A stretch of DNA of 64,000 nucleotides, from contig JBKJLI010000003.1 in NCBI GenBank assembly GCA_046597065.1, positions 221,151-285,150 on the forward strand, given 5' to 3'. Positions 41,015-52,307 of the stretch are shown one piece after another. Each line of letters starts with the position of its first letter. Positions within the stretch are counted from its first letter, which is position 1. Below the pieces are notes generated by a model that saw nothing but the letters and a program-made list of their open reading frames with translations, was not told where the DNA came from and did not search any database. A program made the position numbers and the translations under genes. Source of the DNA: Candidatus Saccharimonadia bacterium (GTDB taxonomy: Bacteria > Patescibacteriota > Saccharimonadia > UBA4664 > SCTI01).

Positions 41015-43657
41015 ATGAACCCCGAAGACGTAAACCCCGAAGAGCAGAACCAAGAGCCGGTTGAACCGGTAGAGCCATCTTTGCCAGCAGATTCAATTGA
41101 ACCAGAAGAACCAGCTGTAGCGCCGGCTACGGCTCGCGATGGTAGTATTGCCGCCACCGCTCTTGATCGCCATGTTGGTAGCGGTAATATCACCAGCCGA
41201 ACTATCGAGAGCGAGATGGAGGGGCGCTATTTAGAGTACGCCATGTCGGTAATTGTTTCGCGGGCCTTACCCGATGTTCGTGATGGCCTTAAGCCGGTTC
41301 ATCGCCGCATTCTGCATTCTATGAACAACATGGGTTTACGTTATAACTCCAAGTTTCGTAAAAGCGCCTTGGTGGTTGGCGACGTGCTGGGTAAGTTTCA
41401 CCCTCATGGAGACACCGCGGTTTACGATGCCATGGTGCGGATGGCCCAAGACTTTTCCTATCGCTATCCACTGGTAGATGGCCAGGGTAACTTTGGTTCA
41501 ATCGATGGCGACCCAGCCGCCGCCATGCGCTATACCGAAGCCCGTATGACTCGGATAGCCAGCGAGCTATTATATGACATCGAAAAAGAGACCGTAGACT
41601 TTAGGCCCAACTACGATGGTAGTGAGCGCGAACCGGTAGTACTTCCAGCCAAGCTGCCCAACCTCTTGCTAAACGGCCAAACCGGCATCGCTGTGGGTAT
41701 GGCCACCAACATTCCACCCCATAACCTCGGTGAGCTAGTTGATGGTACAGTTCACTTAATCGACAATCCCGAAGCCGCAACCGAAGATTTAATGAAGTTA
41801 ATTAAAGGGCCAGATTTTCCAACCGGGGGAGCTATATACGGCACCGCTGCCATTCGCCAAGCCTATGGTACCGGTAAGGGTTCAATCGTGGTTCGTGCCA
41901 AGGCCGAGATCGAAGAAGACAAAAAAGGTAATGAAAAGATTGTTGTCACCGAGATTCCATATCAGGTAAACAAATCGACACTGGTCGATAAAATTGCTGA
42001 GCTGGTTAAGGACAAACGCATAGTTGGAATTAGTGATCTACGTGATGAGTCTAATCGCAAAGGTATGCGTATTGTTGTGGAGCTTAAAAAGGATAGTTAC
42101 CCGCAAAAGGTACTCAACCAGCTGTATAAGCTTACTCAAATGCAGAGCGCCTTCCACGTAAACATGCTGGCCTTGGTTGATGGGATACAACCGCGGGTGA
42201 TGACGCTCGAAATGATGCTGCGCGAGTTCATTAAGCATCGCCGCAACGTAGTCCGCCGCCGCACCGAGTTTGAGTTACGTAAGGCCAAAGACCGAGCCCA
42301 CATTTTGGAAGGACTCAAAATTGCCCTCGACCACATTGATGAAGTCATCAAAATCATTCGGGCTTCGCAAACCACTACCGATGCCCAGCAAAATTTAATT
42401 AAAGCCTTTAAGCTGACGGTCATCCAGGCCGATGCCATTTTAGCGATGCAGTTACGCCGGCTAACCGGCCTTAACCGCAAAGAAATCGAAGACGAACTAG
42501 CAGAGATGCTAAAGCTGATTGCCGCACTCGAAAAGATTCTGGCTGATGAATCAGAGATCTCTCGGATCATAAAAGAGGAGCTAACCGATCTTAAAGAAAA
42601 GTTCGGTGATAAGCGGCGCACCAAGATCATCGACCAAGAGTTAGGCAAGTTTAGCGAAGAAGAGCTGGTGCCGAACGAGCAGGTGATTGTAACTATAACT
42701 CAGGGTAATTACATAAAACGTATTCCAGCTAACACCTATAAGTCACAGGGTCGCGGCGGTAAGGGCATTATGGGTATGACTACCAAAGAAGAGGACGTGG
42801 TTGAGCACTTGGTGCTAACCAATAATCACGATTTTATTCTGTTCTTCACCAATAAAGGCCGAGTCTTTCGCCAGAAAGTTTACGAAATCCCAGCCGCTAG
42901 CCGCACAGCCAAGGGGCAAGCGATAATTAACCTGATGCAGCTTGGTCCAGATGAAAAGGTGACCTCGGTTAACACCTATCACACCGACAACGCCGCTAAA
43001 TATCTGTTTATGACCACCCTCATGGGGACTGTAAAGAAAACCGCCCTGCTTGATTATGCCAATGTGCGAACTAGTGGCTTAATTGCCATCAAGCTCGATT
43101 CGGGCGATGAGCTACGTTGGGTAAAGCAAACTAGTGGAAATGACGAAATAATTATTTCTACCGCGCTAGCCCAGGCCATTCGCTTTAAAGAATCGGATGC
43201 TCGTCCAATGGGTCGCAACACACGCGGCGTTAGAGGAGTGCGCTTGCGTCCCGGTGATAAGGTTGTTGGCATGGATGTGGTACAACCGGGTATGCAGCTG
43301 CTGGTTGTAATGGAAAACGGCTACGGCAAACGCACCAAGGTTGACCAGTTTGCCACCCATGCTCGCGGAGGCGTTGGAATTAAAGCCGGCGTGGTTAGCG
43401 ACAAAACTGGCAAAGCACTCGATGTTCGTGCCGTTGATAGTGTGGATGACGATCTGGTAATCGTTTCGAACCAAGGCCAAGTCATTCGGCTGCCTCTCCG
43501 CGACATCTCGCTAATTGGTCGCGCCACCCAAGGCGTACGTATCATGAGACTGAAGGATGGAGATAGAGTTGCTTCTGTTGCAATGTTGGCCGAATCAAAA
43601 ATTGTTGAAGAAATTGATGGCGGTCAGGCTGATAACGAAAGCAATGATCAAGAATAG
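41015..43657 (+). CDS. gyrA: DNA gyrase subunit A
   Basis: Active-site region with the catalytic Tyr context ([10 protein letters not shown]), the QRDR-like segment, and C-terminal beta-pinwheel repeats. Confidence 0.95.
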   Translation: MNPEDVNPEEQNQEPVEPVEPSLPADSIEPEEPAVAPATARDGSIAATALDRHVGSGNITSRTIESEMEGRYLEYAMSVIVSRALPDVRDGLKPVHRRILHSMNNMGLRYNSKFRKSALVVGDVLGKFHPHGDTAVYDAMVRMAQDFSYRYPLVDGQGNFGSIDGDPAAAMRYTEARMTRIASELLYDIEKETVDFRPNYDGSEREPVVLPAKLPNLLLNGQTGIAVGMATNIPPHNLGELVDGTVHLIDNPEAATEDLMKLIKGPDFPTGGAIYGTAAIRQAYGTGKGSIVVRAKAEIEEDKKGNEKIVVTEIPYQVNKSTLVDKIAELVKDKRIVGISDLRDESNRKGMRIVVELKKDSYPQKVLNQLYKLTQMQSAFHVNMLALVDGIQPRVMTLEMMLREFIKHRRNVVRRRTEFELRKAKDRAHILEGLKIALDHIDEVIKIIRASQTTTDAQQNLIKAFKLTVIQADAILAMQLRRLTGLNRKEIEDELAEMLKLIAALEKILADESEISRIIKEELTDLKEKFGDKRRTKIIDQELGKFSEEELVPNEQVIVTITQGNYIKRIPANTYKSQGRGGKGIMGMTTKEEDVVEHLVLTNNHDFILFFTNKGRVFRQKVYEIPAASRTAKGQAIINLMQLGPDEKVTSVNTYHTDNAAKYLFMTTLMGTVKKTALLDYANVRTSGLIAIKLDSGDELRWVKQTSGNDEIIISTALAQAIRFKESDARPMGRNTRGVRGVRLRPGDKVVGMDVVQPGMQLLVVMENGYGKRTKVDQFATHARGGVGIKAGVVSDKTGKALDVRAVDSVDDDLVIVSNQGQVIRLPLRDISLIGRATQGVRIMRLKDGDRVASVAMLAESKIVEEIDGGQADNESNDQE

Positions 43658-43825
43658 ATCGCTGTAAAATAAACAACATACAAGTTAAAATTATTAATTC
43701 GGGTAGCATAACAACAAACCATCTGTTACGGCTTTTTAAGCCATAAACGGTATTAAAGATTTGTAATGCATAGTGACAGATAGGGCACAGTTTGCTAGCA
43801 TAAACTCAATCAAAGGAGTTTTGGC

Positions 43826-44692
43826 TTGTATAACCCATACCTTACCGTACCAATTGTGGTTTGGGCCATCGCCCAGTTTACCAAGTTTGTTGTAGCTGCC
43901 GCCCGCGGCCAACTGGATTACAATAAGCTGTTTGCATCTGGTGGAATGCCCAGCGTTCATACCGCAGTAGTAGTATCGATGATGACCACAGTTTACTTGC
44001 TTGATGGTCCGCAATCGGCCCTGTTTGGAGTAGTGGCCGCCTTTTCTGGTATCGTCATCTACGATTCCTTGGGAGTACGTCGTTCTAATGGCGAGCAAGC
44101 CGTAGCCTTAAATGTGGTTATCGATAGCCTTGAGTCAAATCGCATACCACTATCCAAGCCCCAAGCAAATGTTCGAGAAATATTAGGCCATAAGCCAGCT
44201 GAAGTTGCAGTTGGGGGCATTATTGGACTAGTGGCTGGGCTGCTGCTTAATCCCTCAAAGCTAGGGCCATTAATAAACGTTTTAACCCACCCGATTGGGC
44301 GTACTACTACCGTAGTCCTAACCGGCATAGCGGCCGTCTTGATCATACTAGGCTTCATTGCCCGGGCAATCTACTTGCGCCGCTACCACGACATTGCACC
44401 ACTGCAGCGAGTCATTAAGCGCAGCTACATTCTGGCTGCAAGCTTAGGATTTGTTGGGCTAATATTGGCCTTCCTGGCCTGGCAAAAAGTAGCATTTGCT
44501 TTGTGGATTATTTGGCCGGTAGCCCTAGCTGTAGCCCTTGTCGCCATTATTATTACCAAGCTGCTTATATATAAGGACAAGATCCCAGTCTGGCTAGAAA
44601 ATCGCCGCGAACAAGCTGAAAAGGATCGGTGGCTCGAAGGTCCAAACAAAAAACGCCGAGCGGCCAAGGCTCGATCTCGAAAGCGCCGCTAG
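43826..44692 (+). CDS. DUF212 / divergent PAP2 (acid phosphatase / vanadium-haloperoxidase-related) membrane protein with a C-terminal membrane extension
   Basis: Carries GGMPSVHTA, matching the DUF212 GGMPSSHSA signature. Confidence 0.55.
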   Translation: MYNPYLTVPIVVWAIAQFTKFVVAAARGQLDYNKLFASGGMPSVHTAVVVSMMTTVYLLDGPQSALFGVVAAFSGIVIYDSLGVRRSNGEQAVALNVVIDSLESNRIPLSKPQANVREILGHKPAEVAVGGIIGLVAGLLLNPSKLGPLINVLTHPIGRTTTVVLTGIAAVLIILGFIARAIYLRRYHDIAPLQRVIKRSYILAASLGFVGLILAFLAWQKVAFALWIIWPVALAVALVAIIITKLLIYKDKIPVWLENRREQAEKDRWLEGPNKKRRAAKARSRKRR

Positions 44693-44693
44693 G

Positions 44694-45260
44694 GTGACAG
44701 TTAAAGAGGTGAAGCGATTAATACTGCCGGATGCAGTGCAGGTAGTTGTTTGCACCATACTGACTCTGCTTATTCTAGTCGCGGTTTATCACCAGACCAT
44801 TTTTGCGCAGTTGGCCAGTGTTACCGGTGCTGCACCTAATTACGCCCAAAGCAGTTTTCAGTCGCAGCTGCAGCAACTTAATCAGTATGTATGGTTAAAG
44901 AACCTCATGATCGGCGGCTTCTCGGCTGCCGTTGGTATCGTTGCTTACATTGGGTACTTGATGTTTACCAACTTGTTTATTGAGGCTCGCAATGAGGTTT
45001 TAATCGATACCCAATATATAAATAAAGGCAGCCTGCTTGGCCGCCTTGGTTTAATAATTCAACGGCTTCTTATGATTGCCATCCTTATTATCCTTCTATA
45101 TCTAAGCTGGAATCAGTTCTTGCCTTACTCGCTTAGTTTGATAGAGGATACACTTTTGGGTGGCAATAACTGGCTCGCTTCTTTAGGTGGGTTAGCCGCC
45201 GTATGGTTGAATTTGTATCTAATCTGGACCTGGATTCAATTTATGCTTGCTAACCGCTAA
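44694..45260 (+). CDS. integral membrane protein, hypothetical
   Basis: Four or five hydrophobic helices. Tightly linked to the upstream gene. Confidence 0.45.
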   Translation: MTVKEVKRLILPDAVQVVVCTILTLLILVAVYHQTIFAQLASVTGAAPNYAQSSFQSQLQQLNQYVWLKNLMIGGFSAAVGIVAYIGYLMFTNLFIEARNEVLIDTQYINKGSLLGRLGLIIQRLLMIAILIILLYLSWNQFLPYSLSLIEDTLLGGNNWLASLGGLAAVWLNLYLIWTWIQFMLANR

Positions 45261-45321
45261 AACCATTGCGCTATTAACCGGCATTGTGACAGAATAGATT
45301 AAACGTAAGTACTATAAGATT

Positions 45322-47397
45322 GTGGCCAATAAACAACACCAACATCACAGTTCTGGAGGCGGTTTAATATCATCGCGACCACGCGGGTCGGTATTTACTA
45401 TATTGCTAATCGCCCTGGCCGCTGCCGCTGTTGGTATTTATTTTGTGATTCGCTCATTTGCCGCCGCTCCTACAACCGGCACAGTAGGTATTAAGTTTGA
45501 GTATGTAAACGGTACCACCCATACTCCAGTAGCGGGTGGGGTTATGGCACTAAAGGATGATAGCAGTCCGTATGGGGATACTCGATGTTATATTCCGGCC
45601 GGCCACAGCGGCAGCGGCACTAACACTATGGCTGGCGGAGCGGCTTTATTCGTTGCAACCACGGGTGGTGATGGCTTTGCCACACCTGATTGTGTGGTTT
45701 CCTACACCGGTGGCACGGCGGCCAGCAACCAGTACTCAATCAACTACTACCTTCCACCAAGTGGATATGATATTGATACAAGTAGAAGTAGCTCGAGCGG
45801 ACTGTTCTCGGTTTGCCCTCAACTGTATAATTGTGGCACTAACACACCAATGATTGTTTACGTCAAGCCAACGCCACCACCTCCACCACCTCCACCTCCA
45901 CCACCTCCACCGCCACCACCCCCACCACCAACAGGATGCCCAACCGGCACAGTTGGGACATACCCAAGTTGTGGATACCCAGTTACAATCACGGGTTATG
46001 GGGCCAATCCATCAACCGTCACTAAGGGTGGCAGTTCAACAATAAAATACAGTATTGGTGGAACACCGGCTTCGTGCAATATTAACGGTACAGGGTTGTC
46101 GTCGGCTCAGATAACGGAGGGATCCTGGCCAACTGGTGCACTTAACTCCTCAACCACCTTTATACTTACCTGTATCGATTATGCTGGGAACGGCGTACAA
46201 GCTCAGACTTCGGTATCTGTAACTACCCCAGGCATACCACCACCCCCTCCACCTCCACCCGGCACACAGGGCGGTGGAAGTACTACCGTTACAACCGGTG
46301 CTAAGCCAACTGTAAAGCAATCCGGTGGTAACCCCGCAGACACTCAAGCTCCATCGACCCCTGGAAATCTTAAGGCGCGCCAAGCTGACTCTGCCTCGGT
46401 TGCAATCAGCTGGGACCCATCAACTGATAATAATGGCGTCGCTGGTTACGTGGTGGAGCGCTCAACCGATAAGAAGATCTGGTCTAAGCTGACGGAGAGT
46501 ATAAAAGACACAAGTTATTCCGATGCCACCATAAGCTTTGGTACTAAGTACAGCTACCGCGTTAGTGCCTTTGACTCATCTGGCAATGTATCTACGCCTG
46601 CAGTAACCGACCTACAAACCGACGCCTTTAGTGCCAACGCCTTTGCCAAATCTGAAAACAAGATAACCAGTGATGATGGCCGTATAACCGTTACCATCCC
46701 CGAAGGTGCATTAAGTGAAGACGCTGCCTGCACGATCGTTAGCCGCGACGATCTTGATGTTGCACCTCCAAAGGGTCATAGCCTAGCAACCGGTCCATAC
46801 GAACTAGTTTGCAAAAAGAAAGATGGCAGCACGTTCTCTAAATATGATAAGCCGGTGACCTTCGAAGTGAATCTTGAAAACCCCAAGAGCAGTCTAAAGT
46901 ATGGTGTTTACACCTACGACGGCAGTGGCTGGGTAGACGCTAAACTTAAGTACCAAAGCCAGGCACCCAACTTTAGTTACAGCACCGATACGCCAGCCGT
47001 CTTTGCGGTGATGAGCTCAAAGGCTTCAAGCTGGATGATCTGGGTATACGTTATACTGCTAATTCTAATAATCGGTGGAGCCATCTTTTGGTTCATTCGG
47101 CGGCGCTCGGGCGGCGAAGGTAGCGGCTACGACAGTTACGTGCAGTCTAACTATATGACCGAAACCATGGCTAGCGGCCCTACCGACCAGTCGGCCACGG
47201 CTGCTCCGATAGCTCCAGCCCACCAGGCGGGCGCCAGGGCCGGCATTGACGACTACCAGGCGCCAGCAGCGGCTCAGCCCGGCGAAACTGCCGCACCGGC
47301 CGCCAACGTGCCCGGCAGTGCCGCCCCCAATCCGCTCAATGCGCCTGACGTTAACCAGATCGTGGCACCCGGCGATCCCAACCAACCGCCGCAGTAA
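45322..47397 (+). CDS. type I membrane surface protein with a poly-proline spacer and a fibronectin type III domain
   Basis: An N-terminal signal anchor, a P(21) run, an FN3-like segment (ISWDPSTDNNGVAGYVVERS...YSYRVSAFD), and a TM helix near residue 590 followed by a cytoplasmic tail. Confidence 0.6.
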   Translation: MANKQHQHHSSGGGLISSRPRGSVFTILLIALAAAAVGIYFVIRSFAAAPTTGTVGIKFEYVNGTTHTPVAGGVMALKDDSSPYGDTRCYIPAGHSGSGTNTMAGGAALFVATTGGDGFATPDCVVSYTGGTAASNQYSINYYLPPSGYDIDTSRSSSSGLFSVCPQLYNCGTNTPMIVYVKPTPPPPPPPPPPPPPPPPPPPTGCPTGTVGTYPSCGYPVTITGYGANPSTVTKGGSSTIKYSIGGTPASCNINGTGLSSAQITEGSWPTGALNSSTTFILTCIDYAGNGVQAQTSVSVTTPGIPPPPPPPPGTQGGGSTTVTTGAKPTVKQSGGNPADTQAPSTPGNLKARQADSASVAISWDPSTDNNGVAGYVVERSTDKKIWSKLTESIKDTSYSDATISFGTKYSYRVSAFDSSGNVSTPAVTDLQTDAFSANAFAKSENKITSDDGRITVTIPEGALSEDAACTIVSRDDLDVAPPKGHSLATGPYELVCKKKDGSTFSKYDKPVTFEVNLENPKSSLKYGVYTYDGSGWVDAKLKYQSQAPNFSYSTDTPAVFAVMSSKASSWMIWVYVILLILIIGGAIFWFIRRRSGGEGSGYDSYVQSNYMTETMASGPTDQSATAAPIAPAHQAGARAGIDDYQAPAAAQPGETAAPAANVPGSAAPNPLNAPDVNQIVAPGDPNQPPQ
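45881..45950 (+). repeat. (CCN)n coding microsatellite encoding poly-Pro
   Basis: About 70 nt of CCACCTCCACCACC... repeats lying inside the CDS. Confidence 0.7.
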
Positions 47398-47438
47398 CCG
47401 CGCCCGGCGGTTTGCACTCATTAGCCAAAACTAACCTG

Positions 47439-47467
47439 TTGACAGCACCATAGCTGATAGGTACAAT
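47439..47467 (+). promoter_or_regulatory. 16S rRNA promoter: TTGACA, 17-nt spacer, TACAAT
   Basis: Read directly from the sequence. A leader hairpin plus T-run follows (~47500-47530). A boxA-like TCTTTAATA lies at ~47630. Confidence 0.5.
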
Positions 47468-47766
47468 ACTCCTACGTCTTGAAATTGTGAGGCACTTACA
47501 AATAGCGACCCCAGGGTCGGCTATTTTTTGTCTGGAGTCATGCGATTGAGCCGGCTAAAGCCCCACGAAGCTTAAGCCATCGCTCTCTCAAGCCGTCGTG
47601 TAGAGCCGAGCTCTATGAACGTTGAAATCTTTAATAGTGCAGTGTAACCATCAGTTCACTTTGAGAACTATGAATTTAGCTTGCTAAATTCAGTACACAC
47701 AACCAAACATCAATACGTTGATGTCCAGTTCAAACACACCTGATACGACTGTTTACAGCCGTATCC

Positions 47767-49276
<1,510 letters not shown>

Positions 49277-49573
49277 TAGGGAGAACGACGTCGTAAGACG
49301 TTCCGTAGGCAAAGACCTACGGCCAGACCTTACTTGTTGAGCTGTCGCAAGATGTGCTCCAAGGTAAGGATGCGGTACTTCTAGGTCGATCCTCTAACCG
49401 AGGAACCGCCGACAATAGTCGGCAAAACAAGGAACTATGGTTTACACTGCACTATCAAGGATTTCAACACCAACAGCCGCCCGCGAGGGCGGTTTGATGT
49501 TCCCACGCTTCTAAAATTATGTTTTAATACCTAGCATTCGTTCGATCGATAACCAAGTCGGAGGAGGAAGTAC

Positions 49574-49747
49574 ATGATCAAAAGAGTATTGGTCACGCTG
49601 TCACTTGCTGGAATCTGTCGCTGGCTGCTGATTGCTAAGCAGCTACGCGACGCCGAGGCCGCCGAGTACGAGGTCTACTATGGCGGCTACAGAATTCATC
49701 ATGACAGAGGAGCCGCATGGTCTCCTCATTCCAGGGGGGCGTGTTAA
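49574..49747 (+). CDS. small membrane peptide (57 aa), hypothetical
   Basis: A GGAGGAGG RBS lies 5 nt upstream. The N-terminus is basic and then a hydrophobic helix (MIKRVLVTLSLAGI). GC ~60%. Confidence 0.4.
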   Translation: MIKRVLVTLSLAGICRWLLIAKQLRDAEAAEYEVYYGGYRIHHDRGAAWSPHSRGAC

Positions 49748-49950
49748 TGAGTAAGATCAAGTGGGTGGCGGTTGCGGTCGCTGCATGCATCGCTCTTGAT
49801 CGACACGCCAGTAACACCCAGGAGTACATCACCGGTGACCCTGATTTGCCCAAGTGGCCAATGTTCATAAGGCTGCGCGGGTGGCTTGATGGCATGATCA
49901 AAGGCGACTACGCCTCGAACCCGCTGAGTACTCGCGAAACGGGCCGGTAA
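49747..49950 (+). CDS. small membrane peptide (67 aa), hypothetical
   Basis: The ATGA overlaps the upstream stop. The N-terminus reads MSKIKWVAVAVAACIAL. Confidence 0.4.
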   Translation: MSKIKWVAVAVAACIALDRHASNTQEYITGDPDLPKWPMFIRLRGWLDGMIKGDYASNPLSTRETGR

Positions 49951-49966
49951 GGCCCAAGGAGGAGTG

Positions 49967-50089
49967 ATGACAACCAAGAAGTGGTTGTTGCTCGGCGTTG
50001 CGGTGCTTTGGACTACCCTCGTCGCCTTCATGAAGGCTGTCGATGAAGTCGAGACCGCCCGCCACGGTGTGGGCCTACGGGCTACCTAG
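49967..50089 (+). CDS. small membrane peptide (40 aa), hypothetical
   Basis: A GGAGGAG RBS. The N-terminus reads MTTKKWLLLGVAVLWTTLVAF. Confidence 0.35.
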   Translation: MTTKKWLLLGVAVLWTTLVAFMKAVDEVETARHGVGLRAT

Positions 50090-50091
50090 GG

Positions 50092-50346
50092 ATGCCCACC
50101 ATCATCGGGCGTCTCATCTGCAGAGCCCACCGCGCTAAGCCAACCGACAGTCGGGTCTTCCTGGTGGATGATCCGGACAGTCGGCACGATGGCATGGTGC
50201 TGATGTACGCAGCGTGCACGTACTGCAAGGGGCACCACCCGGTCAGCTCCGTTTTCAGAGGCGCTGATGGTGAACTGCGGATCGAGGGGACAACCGCAAT
50301 CAGCGGCCTCAGATCAAGAGGATACGTCTTGGTTCGCCCACCGTAG
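50092..50346 (+). CDS. hypothetical 84-aa protein
   Basis: It begins 3 nt after the previous stop. It is GC-rich and contains CTYC. Confidence 0.35.
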   Translation: MPTIIGRLICRAHRAKPTDSRVFLVDDPDSRHDGMVLMYAACTYCKGHHPVSSVFRGADGELRIEGTTAISGLRSRGYVLVRPP

Positions 50347-50409
50347 CCCGACACAGGACCCTTAAACGCCCAGCGGCGCCCCGATACTCTTGGGGCGCCG
50401 TTTAGCTAT

Positions 50410-50751
50410 TTAAACCTGTAATAATAACCTAATTTTGGCCTCAACATCCTTCATTACTAGGCCGCTAGCTTTGCCCGTTACGCCCTTAACTCGGTGCTGC
50501 CAGGATATTGTTCGCAACTGGTCTACTAGAACCACCGAGTCTTTACCTTCAAGTTTTAGCGTTACCTCAAAGGGCAAGCGTTTGCGCTTAGATGTCAGAG
50601 GCACCACCACGCACAGACCCGAAGCCTGGTTGTACTCGATGGGGGATAGTATCAGTACCGGACGTAAACCAGCCTGCTCATGGCCCACCGTTGGGCTCAG
50701 ACCGGCCCATACTATGTCGCCGCGCTTAGGCGCCATTTGTAGCGCTTTCAT
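50410..50751 (-). CDS. mazF: MazF/PemK-family endoribonuclease toxin
   Basis: Carries GDIVWAGLSPTVGHEQAGLRPVLILSP...GLCVVVPLTS, which aligns closely with E. coli MazF. Confidence 0.85.
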   Translation of the reverse strand: MKALQMAPKRGDIVWAGLSPTVGHEQAGLRPVLILSPIEYNQASGLCVVVPLTSKRKRLPFEVTLKLEGKDSVVLVDQLRTISWQHRVKGVTGKASGLVMKDVEAKIRLLLQV

Positions 50752-51016
50752 CTGGTTTTGGCCCTGTCCATGCCTCCAAACCCTCAGCCCCGACATCCTG
50801 GCCCCAGTCGACCTCGCCATAATACTGATCTGGCGTGATCCCAACCATCAACCTTGCTAGTTCCTCACCAGATGACAGTCGCCGTTCAACCACTAGTTGA
50901 TGCCCCTCTATACTCAGCTCAACCTCCGATTTATCCTCAATGCCAATCTGTGCGGCCAGCTCAACCGGAATTCTAATACCCAAACTGTTGCCCCATTTAC
51001 TTACCGCTGCTTTCAT
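50726..51016 (-). CDS. mazE: MazE antitoxin (AbrB/SpoVT swapped-hairpin fold)
   Basis: The N-terminus reads SKWGNSLGIRIP. It overlaps mazF. Confidence 0.8.
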   Translation of the reverse strand: MKAAVSKWGNSLGIRIPVELAAQIGIEDKSEVELSIEGHQLVVERRLSSGEELARLMVGITPDQYYGEVDWGQDVGAEGLEAWTGPKPDESATNGA

Positions 51017-51085
51017 AATAACTACCCGAAATTAAATTATCTTACGTATATCCATAGTATATACGTAAGTTGTAGTGGTCAATGT

Positions 51086-51352
51086 CTAAGACTTAAAATT
51101 GGGGAAGAAGCCTACAATTGGGGCCAGTAGCCAGCGCAGGACTGGATCGCCCAATCCGGTAGCGTACGTCAGGCCACCGATAACCAAGGTGATCGAGAGC
51201 AGCTTATAAAATCCGTAGGTTCCGCCTCCACCCAGGTAGCGTTGGGCAAAATCGACGTTGCCGGTAAAGTTAACCAGTTGGTAGTTGTATTTAAGAGTCA
51301 CTACCCCAAGTGCGGTCACAATAATTCCGATGACAATCTGTTGAAACAGCAT
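51086..51352 (-). CDS. small membrane protein (~90 aa), hypothetical, of native GC
   Basis: Two or three hydrophobic helices. The ORF-track start at 51379 would overlap tRNA-Ala, so the internal ATG is preferred. Confidence 0.4.
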   Translation of the reverse strand: MLFQQIVIGIIVTALGVVTLKYNYQLVNFTGNVDFAQRYLGGGGTYGFYKLLSITLVIGGLTYATGLGDPVLRWLLAPIVGFFPNFKS

Positions 51353-51378
51353 AAGCGCATTATACGCCAATAATTCCA

Positions 51379-51456
51379 TGGTGGAGCATATCGGATTCGA
51401 ACCGATGACCCCCTGCTTGCAAAGCAGGTGCTCTAGCCAGCTGAGCTAATGCCCCA
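51379..51456 (-). tRNA. tRNA-Ala (anticodon TGC)
   Basis: Read from the - strand: GGGGCAT...CCTGC-TTTGCAA-GCAGG...ATGCTCCACCA, with the G3:U70 identity pair. Confidence 0.8.
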
Positions 51457-51477
51457 TGTGTTGAGGAATGAATCCAA

Positions 51478-51556
51478 TGGTGGGCTTGGCAGGACTCGAA
51501 CCTGCGACCTCGTCATTATCAGTGACGCGCTCTAACCAGCTGAGCTACAAGCCCAC
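51478..51556 (-). tRNA. tRNA-Ile (anticodon GAT)
   Basis: Read from the - strand: GTGGGCTTGTAGCTCAGCTGGTTAGAGC...CGTCA-CTGATAA-TGACG...GCCCACCA. Confidence 0.8.
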
Positions 51557-51700
51557 AACGGATATATTTAAGCAGAATTAAGCCGATCTTACAACAAAAC
51601 CAGGGTAGAATAAAAACCGGTACGTCAAGACTTGTATTGGTGGCAGGCAGCATGAAATAATATAAGCGTACCAAACTAAAAGAGAAAGAAAGGAGACAGT

Positions 51701-51940
51701 ATGGATCACCAAGACAATACTACTCCAGTAGTGGATCCAGCGGCTCCCGTTGATCCCGTAGTAGATGCCCCAGTTGTTGATGCCCCTGAGGCCCCAGCAG
51801 AAGAGGGCGCCGAGGCTCCTGCCGAAGCACCTGCCGAGGCCCACGAAGCCGACGCCGCACCCGTAGAAGGTGACGCTCCTGAGGCTCCGGCCGCAGAAGA
51901 GGGTGAGCACCACGACAGCGACGACGTCGCCGCCGTTTAG
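51701..51940 (+). CDS. highly acidic, Ala/Pro/Glu/Asp-rich 79-aa protein, probably disordered
   Basis: An AAAGGAGA RBS. The sequence reads MDHQDNTTPVVDPAAPVDPVVDAPVVDAPEAPAEEGAEAPAEAPAEAHEADAAPVEGDAPEAPAAEEGEHHDSDDVAAV. A terminator follows. Confidence 0.45.
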   Translation: MDHQDNTTPVVDPAAPVDPVVDAPVVDAPEAPAEEGAEAPAEAPAEAHEADAAPVEGDAPEAPAAEEGEHHDSDDVAAV

Positions 51941-51963
51941 TTCACACTAAGCCCAAACTACAT

Positions 51964-51990
51964 CACCGCCTTCGGGCGGTTTTGTGTTGT
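51964..51990 (+). terminator. intrinsic terminator
   Basis: CACCGCC-TTCG-GGCGGT followed by TTTGTGTT. Confidence 0.4.
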
Positions 51991-52292
51991 ATGGATTACA
52001 TCAACAATCGTAAATATTTAACCATAATTTACGGGAGTAATGGGGGTTTACAGGCCGGCTTGGTTTTGGTATTGTTGTCACAGACTATTTGGAGCTCATA
52101 TATGAGTAGACAATCTACCAGCGTTAACGGAGGCACTGCCTAAGACTTCGCCGATTGATTGTCTTGCTGTGAGCTCCGCGCGAATTTCACGCGGAGTTGT
52201 TTTTTGAAAATTGAATTTTAGACGATTTCATCACATTACCCAATGTGGTGAATGAAAAAGGGTAAAATGCAATTTACCAATTTAGCGATGGA

Positions 52293-52307
52293 CTGTTTAA
52301 CAGATCA
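52293..52307 (+). promoter_or_regulatory. boxA-like antitermination element in the 23S leader
   Basis: CTGTTTAACAGATCA, compared with E. coli boxA GCTCTTTAACAATTTATCA. Upstream there is a promoter-like TTGTCA...TATATG (~52090-52120) and a hairpin plus T-run (52166-52196). Confidence 0.35.

Noticed and set aside
42038-43545. Several - strand ORFs (66-170 aa) inside gyrA, and similar ones inside gyrB, pheT, infB and the 33287 gene
   Set aside because: They are antisense to highly conserved genes, with no RBS and low-complexity translations.
45881-45950. CRISPR array or tandem DNA repeat
   Set aside because: The only regular repeats in the window are coding (CCN)n and PT-linker tracts. There are no repeat-spacer units and no cas genes.
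45557-46045. His-rich ORFs (HLHHLHLHHLHRHH...) in alternative frames of the surface-protein gene
   Set aside because: These are out-of-frame readings of the (CCN)n repeat and flanking sequence inside a well-supported CDS.
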